Assembly: GCA_963783575.1 (NCBI GenBank)
Contig: CAWAOD010000005.1
Span: forward strand, 586,189-650,188
Direction of reading: 5' to 3'
Length of the DNA: 64,000 nucleotides
DNA from: an uncultured Spirochaetota bacterium
Lineage (GTDB): Bacteria > Spirochaetota > Brevinematia > Brevinematales > JAOACQ01
In this document: piece after piece, positions 52,047 to 63,100 of the stretch
Numbering within the stretch: position 1 is the first letter of the stretch
How the letters are laid out: the number at the start of each line of letters is the position of its first letter
Notes under the pieces: model-generated
Database searches by the model: none
Seen by the model: only the letters and a program-made list of their open reading frames with translations
Told to the model about the DNA's origin: nothing
Made by a program: the position numbers and the translations under genes

Positions 52047-54437
52047 TTGTCCCAATCAGGTGCTTCCTGTGTTTTGCAAAGAATTTCCCCTGAGGTGAGT
52101 CATGCAATCAATTTTCATTATTCTGATCCGGCGGTCAATATTATGAAACGCGCTGGAGGTTTTACTATAGGCCTTGCTATCTGCGGCCTTGCAGAAGGTT
52201 ATCAACGTATTTTTATTCCGGTTATTCAAAAAATGGCGAAAGAAGAAAATTTTCGTCTGGTTATTTATTCCGGGGGGCCTCCCGGTTTTATGGCTGAGAA
52301 AATGCCCCATACGGCATCAGTTTTCCGGTATATCGATAGGGGACAGTTGGATGCTCTGATCATGGCATCAGGGAATATTAACATTTTTCTTCAGGATTCG
52401 GAATGGAAACAATTTTACAGCAGGTATATGTCCATTCCAATGATCAGTATCGGTATTCAGATAGAAAATATTCCCAGCATCCTGATTGATAATAAAACCG
52501 GCATAAAAGAAGCGGTCCGGCATCTGGCGGAAGAACATGGCAGAAAAAGGATTGCGTTTATCAAAGGGCCGGATAATAATCCGGAAGCAATTGAGCGTTT
52601 AGATGGTTTTCTGGAAGAGATGGAATTTCTGAATATCCCGGTTAACCGTAACTGGATTATCAGAGGTGGATTTTGGGAAAAATTTGGGCATGATGCGGTT
52701 AATATAATCTGGGACAGGGATGGAAAGAAACCTGAAGCCCTTATTGCCTGCAACGATGATATGGCAATCGGAGCTTGTCTGGAACTGGAAAGGCGGGGAA
52801 TATCAGTGCCGGATGAAGTGGCTGTAATTGGGTTTGATGATGTTATTGAAGCCAGGAACCAGGCTATACCAATATCGACAATCCATTTTCCGATATTTGA
52901 ACAAGCCGAGTTGGCAGGCCGGTTAGCCTTGGATCTTTTAAAGGGAAATAGGGTTCCTGCTTTAACAGTTCTTCCAGTCCGTTCTGTCCATCGTGATTCA
53001 TGCGGTTGCGTCAGCCGGAATTCAATAAATAAAATCCTGGATTCAGTAAAAGGGAAACCTTTGATTCATCTCCAGTCTGAAATGGAAAACAGTTTTATCC
53101 GGAAAGAACAGATCCGGAAATTTTTGGAAATAAACAAAGGTGGAACATCTTCTTCTAAAATGGATACTATAAACCGCTATCAAGGATTCTTTCAAGAACT
53201 GTTGAGTGAACCGGATAAATGTTTTGAAACAGTTTCTCTGTGGAAAGATTTCCTGTTTAAGGCAGAATACCTGTATAAGGGTATGGAGGATGATACCATT
53301 TCTTTTTCATTAATGAAAAATGTTTTTTTGGAAACAGCATTTTCATCAACCAGCCATTATTGGTGTGAGGAACAGCACTATTCAATATTGCTGGGATATG
53401 AAATGTCGGCCCTGGATTCTGTTTTTGATTTTGAATCCGTATTTCAGATTCTGGAAAACGATCTGCCTTTGTTCCATGTGAAGGAATTGTTTTTATTCCT
53501 ATTCCAGAAACCATTAGTAAGAGACTTTCCGGATTACAGTTTAATTGAATCAGAAGAAATTGAGCTGGTTTTCAATTTTAAAGACGAAAAATCTCACGAA
53601 ATCAAAAGCTCCAGCCGTATCTTTAATATTCCGGAGCATATCCTTCCGGAATCATTATTAAATAAAAGCGGTTCTTATGTTCTTCAGACCCTTCATTCCG
53701 GAAAAGACTTGTATGGGTATATGATTATGAGTATGACAGCATCCAATGATAAATATTATAATTCTTTGGCAGGGAAGTTGAGCTCTGTTCTTAAAAGTAT
53801 AGGGTTATACCGTTCTCTGAAAGAATCCATTGAGGAAAAGCAGGAGCTGATTCTTGAATTAAAAGAAAGTGAAAACCGTTATTATTCAATAGTTGAATAT
53901 CTTCCTTTTCCTCTGTTTGAAGTTGATTGTTTCGGCACTTTTATTTTCGCAAATACTGCTTTTAAAAGAATGACCGGCCTATCAAATATCATTGAAAATT
54001 CAAGGTCTGATTATTTTAAGGATTATTTCGGTGAGAAAAGCTGGGAATCTATTGTCAGACTGTTTCACACCAATCCTGAGGATATTCCTCTCCAGCCGTT
54101 AAAATTTGAAAAAAGAAAGGATAAAGAAATGACATTCCTGGCAAGAATCCAGATGGTGGGCGGACTGAAAGCCCGGATAACTCTGATTGAAGTTAACGCA
54201 TCCTGGCCGTTATTGACAAATATCCATGAAGAGATCTCCAGAAAGTATTTATTGAATAACCGGGAAAGCGAGATTCTGCCTTTACTTATTAAGGGATACC
54301 ATAGTAAAGAAATTGCCGAAAAAATCAATCTTTCAGGAATATCCATCCGTAAATATTTCTCCTCCATTTACTCCAAACTTAATGTCCATAACCGTAAAGA
54401 ACTCCTGATTTTGCTGGAGTCCATTTCAAAGGGTTAA
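52047..54437 (+). CDS. Regulator: LacI-type sugar-binding domain + PAS-like + C-terminal LuxR HTH
   Basis: IDNKTG, HGRKRIAFIKG, ACNDDMAIG, VIGFDD, RDSCGC; REseil...G...KEIA.KINLS...IYSKLNVHNR. Confidence 0.85.
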   Translation: MSQSGASCVLQRISPEVSHAINFHYSDPAVNIMKRAGGFTIGLAICGLAEGYQRIFIPVIQKMAKEENFRLVIYSGGPPGFMAEKMPHTASVFRYIDRGQLDALIMASGNINIFLQDSEWKQFYSRYMSIPMISIGIQIENIPSILIDNKTGIKEAVRHLAEEHGRKRIAFIKGPDNNPEAIERLDGFLEEMEFLNIPVNRNWIIRGGFWEKFGHDAVNIIWDRDGKKPEALIACNDDMAIGACLELERRGISVPDEVAVIGFDDVIEARNQAIPISTIHFPIFEQAELAGRLALDLLKGNRVPALTVLPVRSVHRDSCGCVSRNSINKILDSVKGKPLIHLQSEMENSFIRKEQIRKFLEINKGGTSSSKMDTINRYQGFFQELLSEPDKCFETVSLWKDFLFKAEYLYKGMEDDTISFSLMKNVFLETAFSSTSHYWCEEQHYSILLGYEMSALDSVFDFESVFQILENDLPLFHVKELFLFLFQKPLVRDFPDYSLIESEEIELVFNFKDEKSHEIKSSSRIFNIPEHILPESLLNKSGSYVLQTLHSGKDLYGYMIMSMTASNDKYYNSLAGKLSSVLKSIGLYRSLKESIEEKQELILELKESENRYYSIVEYLPFPLFEVDCFGTFIFANTAFKRMTGLSNIIENSRSDYFKDYFGEKSWESIVRLFHTNPEDIPLQPLKFEKRKDKEMTFLARIQMVGGLKARITLIEVNASWPLLTNIHEEISRKYLLNNRESEILPLLIKGYHSKEIAEKINLSGISIRKYFSSIYSKLNVHNRKELLILLESISKG

Positions 54438-54440
54438 AAT

Positions 54441-54457
54441 TTATACAATTTGTATAA
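54441..54457. promoter_or_regulatory. Palindrome, candidate operator for the downstream glycoside hydrolase operon
   Basis: TTATACAA-T-TTGTATAA perfect inverted repeat. Confidence 0.45.
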
Positions 54458-54578
54458 TAATTTTTTATAATAATACCCTATAATTTTATCATTATGTTAT
54501 TTTATCAGTTTTTATCCAGCTAAATTTCGGTATGTTTTTATATCTATCTGGAATAATTAACAATAAAATGGAGAATAT

Positions 54579-56180
54579 GTGTTTGTATTTAAAATTAAGA
54601 GAATGAATAATATGATTCCGGTAATGGTTTTATTGGTCTTGCCTTTATCCTGTGCGATAAACACGGGAAAAGAGCCGGAAAAGAATGTGATTACTGTGAT
54701 GAACGATCATCCGACAAACTACAGCGCTTATGTCCTGACCGGATCAAATCTTCTCGCAACAACCGCTTATGTTAACGGAATAACCATAGATACGGTATCC
54801 GTGGATTCCATTTCCAATTCCGTGGCCTCGATTTTAAACTCCGGAGACAGTAATGGAATCGTAGCAGAGGTTGATTCCAAAAATGTGGATTATACTATCG
54901 ACTATACAGCGGCGGGTAAACCGGTTCTGGAATTGTTTTACGGCGCTGATATCCAGATCGCGAGCAAGGCATTTCTGGCTATACCGGAATATATTGAGCT
55001 GATCCGGAACATCAAGGTCGATATTATCCGCTTCCCGGGAGGAGGTGGACGGGTCAGATACGAAAGGGATCCGAGCAATATCACAGAGAATGATTACGGC
55101 AATTATAAACCCTACCGTTTTTATATGACCGGGCTGGATGTCGCCAATTATATCAGTCTCTGCAGAAATCTGGGTATACAGGCCGAACCGGAAATCAATC
55201 TTTATGTTGATAATGTCGCTATGGCGAGCAATATGGCCGACCAGATCGTTAATGAACTGGGGTATGATCTGAAATATATATCCGGAGGAAATGAACCGGA
55301 CGCCAATGATTACAGCAATTGGACCTTTATGAACGCGACTAATCTGGAACAAAGCTATTCCAATTATGTTGACCGTTTCAACCGGTATATAGGAGCCTTG
55401 CGTACTATAAAACCCGGGTTGACTTTCACCTTTCTTGAAACAAGCAGCAAGCAGTTCGGAAATTATATCAACGACGTCTACCAGACCGTATCCAAAGACC
55501 TTGTTTTTTCCTGGCTGGGAACAAACCAGCCCGGCGCTTATTCTTCCCACTGGTATATGCTGGGAGATTACGGGCAGGACCCATCCTATCCCGATTATCC
55601 ATCGGTGGATCATCTGGTTCTATCTAACGAATACGTAAACAATATCAATCATCTTTTCAATCTTTACAATACGATGAAACAAACCAGGGACCAGTATATG
55701 CCGGGCGCTAAGATATTCCTGGGCGAGTGGGGCGCCTGCTGGAGTGCGGCATCCGCAGGAATTCATGGGAGCTTAGCCACGGCTATTTTTGCCGCGGAAG
55801 TGATGGAAACCTGTAAATACGCAGGATTTGATACCATTGAATATTACGGCCTGTCCGATCCCAAAATTTTTGACCCCTGGAACCCGTCATTAATCGCCGT
55901 TGATACCTTAAACGGCAATGCGTTATCGCTCAGACCACAGTACTATATCCATCTGTTTTACAAATACCTCTGGGGTGACCAGACAATTGTGTTATCCGGG
56001 AACCGTAAGACTGATTATTCCATATACGCTTCCAAAGATTCAAATTACCGTTACATTATGCTGATCAATAGAACGGAAAGCATGACTTACAATAAACTAA
56101 TAAAAATAATATTTGGTGAAGGGACAAAAACACTCCAATTAACATTAAAACCTCGTTCCGTCAGCATTATCCGGTTTTAA
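54579..56180 (+). CDS. Clan GH-A glycoside hydrolase lipoprotein (GH44/51/79-like)
   Basis: Lipobox PLSC; IRFPGG, GNEPD acid/base, FLGEW nucleophile. Confidence 0.75.
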   Translation: MFVFKIKRMNNMIPVMVLLVLPLSCAINTGKEPEKNVITVMNDHPTNYSAYVLTGSNLLATTAYVNGITIDTVSVDSISNSVASILNSGDSNGIVAEVDSKNVDYTIDYTAAGKPVLELFYGADIQIASKAFLAIPEYIELIRNIKVDIIRFPGGGGRVRYERDPSNITENDYGNYKPYRFYMTGLDVANYISLCRNLGIQAEPEINLYVDNVAMASNMADQIVNELGYDLKYISGGNEPDANDYSNWTFMNATNLEQSYSNYVDRFNRYIGALRTIKPGLTFTFLETSSKQFGNYINDVYQTVSKDLVFSWLGTNQPGAYSSHWYMLGDYGQDPSYPDYPSVDHLVLSNEYVNNINHLFNLYNTMKQTRDQYMPGAKIFLGEWGACWSAASAGIHGSLATAIFAAEVMETCKYAGFDTIEYYGLSDPKIFDPWNPSLIAVDTLNGNALSLRPQYYIHLFYKYLWGDQTIVLSGNRKTDYSIYASKDSNYRYIMLINRTESMTYNKLIKIIFGEGTKTLQLTLKPRSVSIIRF

Positions 56181-56266
56181 TGTGAAATGGAACTATGAAA
56201 ATATTTTTCCGTTCAAATGTAGAACAGGAATTATTAAGAAGAAATTTGAAAAGATAGGAGGGTGTT

Positions 56267-57664
56267 ATGAAAAGATCTCTATTCATTTTTTACATGGCGA
56301 TTTGTATGGCTTTTTTAATACCGGCTTGTTCCAATTCGCCTGGATCATCAAGTAATTCAAATAGCTCATTGTCAATGTCTTCGTCATCGTCATCTCAGTC
56401 TACTAATAATGTTTCTGTGACCATCACTTCGCATATAATTAACACAATTAATCCGCTTTTCTTTGGACAGAATTATTGGGACTGGAGTCCGACAATAGGC
56501 GATCAGGTCTCTAATACAGGACCAATCTTTAAGTCTTCTAATATTAAATTTCTCCGCGCAGGCGGAGATAATAACGACTGGGAATCTCCCGATCCCCTGG
56601 ACTCGAGCTTTATGGATAACTATGCTTCTTACTGCGCCGTTATAGGTGCGACTCCCCTGCTGCAGGTGCCGCTTTTCAGCACATCAAACATAGCGGCAAG
56701 AATAGCCCGGGCAACTAATATGCTTTCATACTATATAGGGATAAAAAATTATCCGATCACATGGATCGGCATAGGCAATGAACCTGATGTTTACCCTTCT
56801 AATTCCATAATTCCCAGCTGGTCTTCTTTTATCGATAATTTTACAAATGTGGCCGCAGCGATTAAAACCCAATATCCTTCTCTCAAAATTGTGGGTCCGG
56901 AGTTGTGTCAGATTTATAATTATACAAATACAGTTTCAGATGAGCTTATTAATTTTTTGGAAAATTGCGGGAGTTATGTGAGCGCAGTTTCGATTCACTA
57001 TTATCCAAGCTGGCCGAATTCCACCGCTACATATGATTTGGTAACAAATCAATTCGATTATATATCAAATATGTATTCTATGATTTTTGACGCCATGACA
57101 AAATACGGGCAGGGACAGAAGCTTATTATCGACGAATGCCAGATTTCAGCCAACCCTAATCCTACAGAACTTGATGGCGAAGCCTCCGATGGAACTTTTG
57201 AAGCAGGTTTATGGTTTGCCGATTTTATCGGAATATCAAGTTCACAGCCCAATATTCTTTCGATAATGCCCTGGTCCCTCTGTGAACAAAGCGAGGAAGG
57301 TTTCCTTAATTTCGAAATGGGTGACTCGCCAAGGCCTATATTTTATATATACAATTTATTATCGAATCATTTTCTTACAAATATGATATCATGCGTTAAG
57401 TTAAACGATATACGCATCTATACTTATGAAGATTTATACGGTAATGCCAGCATCTTTTGTATAAACTGGAATAAAACAGTTCCGTATTCAGTAAAGCTCT
57501 CCTTTACTCAAGGTGTTTTGCAAAACACTAATTTTACCTATACTTTCGGCCCATTGTCTCTTACATGCCTTTCAATATCTGCGGACCTTTCCCAGAGGAC
57601 AGCTTATACCTATAGTTCGGTTGATTCTGTTACCGGCAACTGCATTGAAACCAATAATTTTTAA
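56267..57664 (+). CDS. Clan GH-A glycoside hydrolase lipoprotein (GH44/51/79-like)
   Basis: Lipobox IPAC, poly-Ser linker; FGQNYW, LRAGG, IGNEPD, IVGP, SIHYYP, IIDE. Confidence 0.75.
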   Translation: MKRSLFIFYMAICMAFLIPACSNSPGSSSNSNSSLSMSSSSSSQSTNNVSVTITSHIINTINPLFFGQNYWDWSPTIGDQVSNTGPIFKSSNIKFLRAGGDNNDWESPDPLDSSFMDNYASYCAVIGATPLLQVPLFSTSNIAARIARATNMLSYYIGIKNYPITWIGIGNEPDVYPSNSIIPSWSSFIDNFTNVAAAIKTQYPSLKIVGPELCQIYNYTNTVSDELINFLENCGSYVSAVSIHYYPSWPNSTATYDLVTNQFDYISNMYSMIFDAMTKYGQGQKLIIDECQISANPNPTELDGEASDGTFEAGLWFADFIGISSSQPNILSIMPWSLCEQSEEGFLNFEMGDSPRPIFYIYNLLSNHFLTNMISCVKLNDIRIYTYEDLYGNASIFCINWNKTVPYSVKLSFTQGVLQNTNFTYTFGPLSLTCLSISADLSQRTAYTYSSVDSVTGNCIETNNF

Positions 57665-57680
57665 ACCGGAGGACCGTTTT

Positions 57681-58676
57681 ATGAATTTTAAAAGAATATA
57701 TTTCATAATAATATTATTAACATCGATTTCATCTGTAATATTATCCGGCTGTTCAAATTTGCCGGCATCATCGGGTTCTTCTTTAGGCGGTACGTCTTCC
57801 ATAAGTTTGTATACCGGTGTTTCCAACTGGATTGTCAGCACACTTCCATGCTATGCCGGGTGGTCTTCAGTAAGTTACGGCAACGGTAAATTTGTCGCGC
57901 TCGCAAGCGGAGGAAATAATGCTGCTACTTCATCCGACGGAATAAATTGGACTCTGCGAACCCTTCCATGCTCTGCAGAATGGAACTCGGTGACCTACGG
58001 TAACGGTGAATTTGTCGCTGTTGCCTGTAATTCTGGTATTGTTGCTACTTCGCCCGACGGAATCAATTGGGCGTTGCAAACCCTGCCATTTGAGAATCTT
58101 TGGACTTCAATAACCTATGGTAACGGCATTTTTGTAATATTTTGCATTACTGATCCTTATATAGTATATTCAGCCGATGGGATGAACTGGACGATGGCAG
58201 TACTTCCAGTGTCTGATCTGTGGTATTCAGCAGCTTATGGTAACGGTAAATTTGTCTCGGTTGCATGCGGATCCTGGGGCAGTACTAATGCGGTGACTTC
58301 TCAAGACGGGATTAACTGGACACAGCGAAGTATCCCCTATGCAAATTGGGATTCAATAACATTTGGAAACGGGCAATTTATAGCGATTTCCGGAAACGAC
58401 GTCGCAACGGCGGCAACTTCACCCGATGGTATCAAATGGACAGTACGGAATCTTCCAAACGCTGCCAATTGGAGTTCGGTAACCTACGGCAATGGAGTAT
58501 TTGTCGCAGTCGCGTATGATACTGCAATTTCGGCGGTATCTCCGGATGGGATAAATTGGACTGCCCTGACACTTCCATGCTCAGCCTGCTGGCAGTCGGT
58601 GGCCTACGGTAACGGTAAATTTGTCACAGTAGCTAATGGCAGCAGTATCGCAGCTACTTGTATCGCAACCAATTAA
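57681..58676 (+). CDS. Seven-repeat beta-propeller lipoprotein
   Basis: Lipobox LSGC; seven ~40-aa repeats W..LP....W.SV.YGNG.FVAVA.....ATS.DG.N. Confidence 0.85.
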   Translation: MNFKRIYFIIILLTSISSVILSGCSNLPASSGSSLGGTSSISLYTGVSNWIVSTLPCYAGWSSVSYGNGKFVALASGGNNAATSSDGINWTLRTLPCSAEWNSVTYGNGEFVAVACNSGIVATSPDGINWALQTLPFENLWTSITYGNGIFVIFCITDPYIVYSADGMNWTMAVLPVSDLWYSAAYGNGKFVSVACGSWGSTNAVTSQDGINWTQRSIPYANWDSITFGNGQFIAISGNDVATAATSPDGIKWTVRNLPNAANWSSVTYGNGVFVAVAYDTAISAVSPDGINWTALTLPCSACWQSVAYGNGKFVTVANGSSIAATCIATN

Positions 58677-58952
58677 TTCTGATTTGATGGCAAAACAACC
58701 GCAGATGTGTATTATCTAATTTGTTTAATATTGGACATTTCCTTATTGAATCAATAATAATTTCGGCTCTTCAGGATCCTATATATTTTCAACTTCTAAG
58801 CGAATATTTCAGTCGGGCGCTTAACTGATCATCAAAATGATGTTGATACTTTTCAGATATTATAGAATAAACACAAGCCAGCTTCGTGCAGTTATGATAT
58901 CGTTGGTTATTCCAATTTCCTGAATTTCACACATATGAAAACAATATATATA

Positions 58953-58981
58953 TTGACAGAAAGAAAGAACGAGTCTATAAT
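58953..58981 (+). promoter_or_regulatory. Perfect consensus sigma70 promoter
   Basis: TTGACA-N17-TATAAT. Confidence 0.7.
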
Positions 58982-59182
58982 CGTCATAAGATTTTACAAT
59001 ATATTTTTCTCTTCTTTGTCAATCCTAATATAATTTCAGAATTAAGAAATAGTTTGTATTGAAGGTTGTTAGTTAAAATCAAATTCAATAAACATCAATT
59101 TAAAAAATAAAAAAACGAAAGATTTTGTATGCAGTCGGATATTCAAAACTGACCATTCAAGATATGTGATAAATCAATTTTT

Positions 59183-59924
59183 TTGGATTGTATCCTGACG
59201 GGTCAATCATTACCGGCTGTCAACATTGGCTTTGATTTGCCTGGAATAACTAATATCAGCATTGATAATTCCGATGGCATCCGTCAAATTATGCGTCATT
59301 TGATTCAATTTCATCATGCCCAAAAAATTGCTTTTATCGGAGGCATTGAAAATACTACATATGCAATAGAACGTTATCAGGCTTTTTTACAAATCCTGAA
59401 AGAACTGAATATTCCATTTGATCCGGAATTATATTACGCTGATAACTTTGAACAAGATTAGGGAACTGAAGCAATAAATTATTTTTTAATATAAGAATAA
59501 AAGAGATAGATTCAATTGTTGTGACCAATGATCATATGGCTATCGGGGCAATGGAAACCCTTTCAAAAATGGGTAGGCTGAATTTACACTGATTAAACTA
59601 CATCCAAAAATTGCATTTGATATTCTTAAAAGCATTGAGTTTCCATGGCCCCTTGCGGAAATAGTCTACCAGCACCATGAACGGTGCGATGGCAGTTGTT
59701 ATCCTCAGGGTTTGAAGGGCGATGAAATCCTTGTGGAATCACGCATTATTGCAGTCACAGATGTAGTGGAAGCGATGGCTTCACACCGGCCATACAGGCC
59801 TTCCTAGGGAATTGACGCCGCTTTAAAGGAAATTCAGGATAACCGCGGGACAAAATATGATCAGGAAATTGTGGATATCTGCCTGAAACTATTTTTAGAA
59901 AAAGGATATTTACTTAAAAATTAA
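59183..59924 (+). pseudogene. Decayed LacI-type sensor / HD-GYP phosphodiesterase gene
   Basis: IDNSDG..HLIQFH..KIAFIGG..ERY and NDHMAIG (LacI) abut HPKIAFDIL...HHERCDGSCYP...DVVEAMASHRPYRPS*G (HD-GYP); in-frame TAGs at 59459 and ~59804, a frameshift and a large internal deletion. Confidence 0.85.
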
Positions 59925-60174
59925 CTCTAGCCCGACTAATAATGGCTATTCTCTAGTCAATATTAATCAGACGATGCAGAATTCTGAAAAATAAAAAATA
60001 ATAAAAAACTTTTGTTTGAATTAAATCTGAAATCCTGCACTTACATGGGGAAAGATGGTTATAATTTAACATACTGTGGGTTAACACTAAGCAAATACAA
60101 GTAATGGATTATTGATATTATTTTGCCTTAGAGTCAGAACCAAGTTATACTTTATTACTGAAAGGAGTAATAAT

Positions 60175-63100
60175 TTGATAAGAAAAGTAATTCAAAACCG
60201 CTATGAAGTGACAAAGATGATTGGCGAAGGCGGCATATCTCGTGTCTATCTTGCTTTTGATTCTGTTGATAAAAAGGAAGTCGTTCTGAGAACATTAAAG
60301 AAAGAAAATATATCCAACCGGATTGAAGATATTATACGGTTCAGGAATGAGGCCTCAATATTATCGCGTTTGGACCACCCGAACATTGTTAAAATTTATG
60401 AAACAGGGGAATACGAGGGTGAAAATTACATTGTAATGGAATATGTTCCGGGGAAAAGCCTGGGTAAACTGCTCCAAAATGGGAATAGGTTTAAGGAAAA
60501 CGAAATTATTGAAATTATACTGCAGATATGCCGGGCACTGGACTATATTCATCCTATGAACATTGTCCACAGGGATTTAAAGCCAGGGAATATTATGGTC
60601 AATCCAGCGGAAGCGGGTCATTACCATATCACGATCATTGATTTTGGAATGGCGCTTGTAAAAGAGTTTTCGTCAATAAAGGAACAGGAAGAGATTGCCG
60701 GCACTTTCAGCTATATGTTGCCGGAGCATTTCGGTGTTACAAGAAGAAGCATTGATGAGAGAAGCGACTTATATTCCCTGGGCATTATTTTATACCAGCT
60801 CTTTACCGGAGTTTTGCCTTTTAAGGGAACGAGTATCAGCTCTATTATCCACCAGCAGATTGCCATGCTTCCCGATCCTCCCTCTAAATACAATACGGTT
60901 ATTCCTGAAATACTTGAAAGTATTATATTGAAACTCCTGGAAAAAGAACCGGATAACCGTTACCTGTCCGCTAAAGGACTAATGGACGATCTGGAAAAAT
61001 ATCAAAAAGGCATGCATAATTTTCCTCTGGGGTTGAATGACAAACAGATAAGGCTTTCGTTTAAAACCGGGCTGATATCCCGCGAAGCGGAACTAAAAAA
61101 TCTAATGAGCTTATATGGCAAAGCGCTGGATAATAAAGGTAATGTCTGCCTGATCAGCGGTGAGGCGGGTAAAGGAAAAACAAGACTCGTAGAGGAATTA
61201 AGAAGCTTCGTTTATTCCATAGGAGGGCTTTTTATTTATGGCAAATGTTTTTCGGGAAAAAGCAAGACCCCTTACGGAGCAATAAAAGATGCCCTTAATA
61301 TCTATTTAAAGATATACCAGGACTACCCTGATGAAAAAAAACTGAAAATTAAAAATGAACTCATCGAAATGACAGGAAATCTGAGCGGAATTATTCTTCA
61401 ATTGAGTGCCTCGTTTTCGGTAATCTTTGAAAACAGCGAAGAATTGGTTAGGCTGGAGGCGGAAAGGGAGAAGAAACGGTTTTTGATGGTTGCAGCCCAG
61501 TTTATATTGAACCTGAGCATTGTAGAAAATGGGTTGGTACTATTGCTGGACGATCTGCAATGGGTTGACGATGGAAGTATGGATCTCTTAAGCGAGCTAT
61601 CGGAAGAGATGGGCAAATACCCGCTCCTGATTGTCGGGACATACCGGAACGATGAAGTTAATTATGAACACCGGGTAAGCGTGTATCGGAAGGAAGTGCT
61701 GGAAAGCAAGCGTCTTTTTACTGAAATTTACCTGGAAACTTTTAACAAAACTATGAATGACAGTTTTGTCAGTTCGCTTTTATACGCAAAAGAAGAAAAT
61801 ATTGATGAAATATCCGGAATTATTTATCAGAAAAGTAAAGGTAATCCATTCTTTACGATTGAGATATTAAAGCAATTTGTAGATGAAAAAGTGATTTATT
61901 ACAAAGAGAAAGGCTGGGTAATCGATCAGGAAATTCTGGATAAGACCAAGATAGCTCCCACGATATTAGATGTTGTTATGAAGAGGATTTCATTACTCAG
62001 TGATAAAGAATCCCGCGTTTTGTCTTTCGCGGCAGTCATCGGAAGAAAGTTTGATGTGGAAGTGCTGTTTCGTCTTCTGGATTACGAAGCATCGGAGATT
62101 ATCGGGATAGTGGACAGGGCTATTCATCTCCAGCTGCTGGAGGAGGATTTGCAGGAAAATGGGAAAATACTTTTTGCGCATGACAGAATAAAGGAAGCTT
62201 TTGAGAGAAAATGCGGCGAGGAAGAAAAGAAAGCCCTGCATATGCAGATAGGAATGATGCTGGAAAGTTTATATCCGAATGAAAAGGATAAAATTGTCTT
62301 TGACTTGATCTATCATTATATCGAAGGAAAGAATTATGCCAAGATCCTGGAATACGGATATCCCGCAGGCCTGAAAGCCAAGGAAAACTTTGCCTATAAT
62401 GAGGCATTAAAATATTTTCTACAAGTTAAAACCTTGGCTGAAGAAAGAATAGAAAAGGAAAGAAAATTATGGGTCAACACTAATAAAAATATCAGTGAAA
62501 TTTACCTGATTATAGGAAAAAACGATGAAGCTATAGAAATCAATAACAGATTACTTTCTTTTATCAGCACTAAACTTGATATTGCTGATGTGTACAAGAA
62601 AACAAGCGAAGCCTTTTTAAAAAAAGGGGACTGGAGAAATTGCGAAGAGTACGGAAGGATCGGATTATCCATACTGGGAGAAAAACTGCCGATCAGGAAT
62701 GCTTTCGTAATTCTGAGAATTTTAAAGGAATTGCTCCTGCATACTTTACACACCTTTTTCCCTGTACTTTTCTTCAGAAAAAAAAGAAACCCTGAAGAAG
62801 ATAAATATAAACTGATTGTCGGCTTTTATAAGAACCTATCCTGGATGTACTACCTTACGGATGTATTGAAAGCGGTCAGCTCAGCCTTAAGAGCTTTAAA
62901 TCTTTCTGAAAGCAGGGTAGGATATTCCGCTGAGCTCGGCTTTTTCATAGCAGGTTATGCTACTATTTGTATGGCCGTTCCGCTGTTTAAGCAGGCGATA
63001 AAGTTCCACAATAAGGCCCTGGAGTACAGGAAAGAGATGGACGACACTTGGGGATATGCCCAATCCCTTCAATGGCTTAGCATTTGCTATCAATGGAAGG

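Noticed and set aside
57828..58670. ~120-bp DNA repeats as a CRISPR or non-coding array
   Set aside because: They are the in-frame coding repeats of the beta-propeller lipoprotein.
59459..59806. Amber (TAG) recoding suggested by two in-frame TAG-GGA codons
   Set aside because: The same gene also has a frameshift, deletion and GYP loss, and TAG ends intact genes elsewhere (e.g. 3083, 13885).
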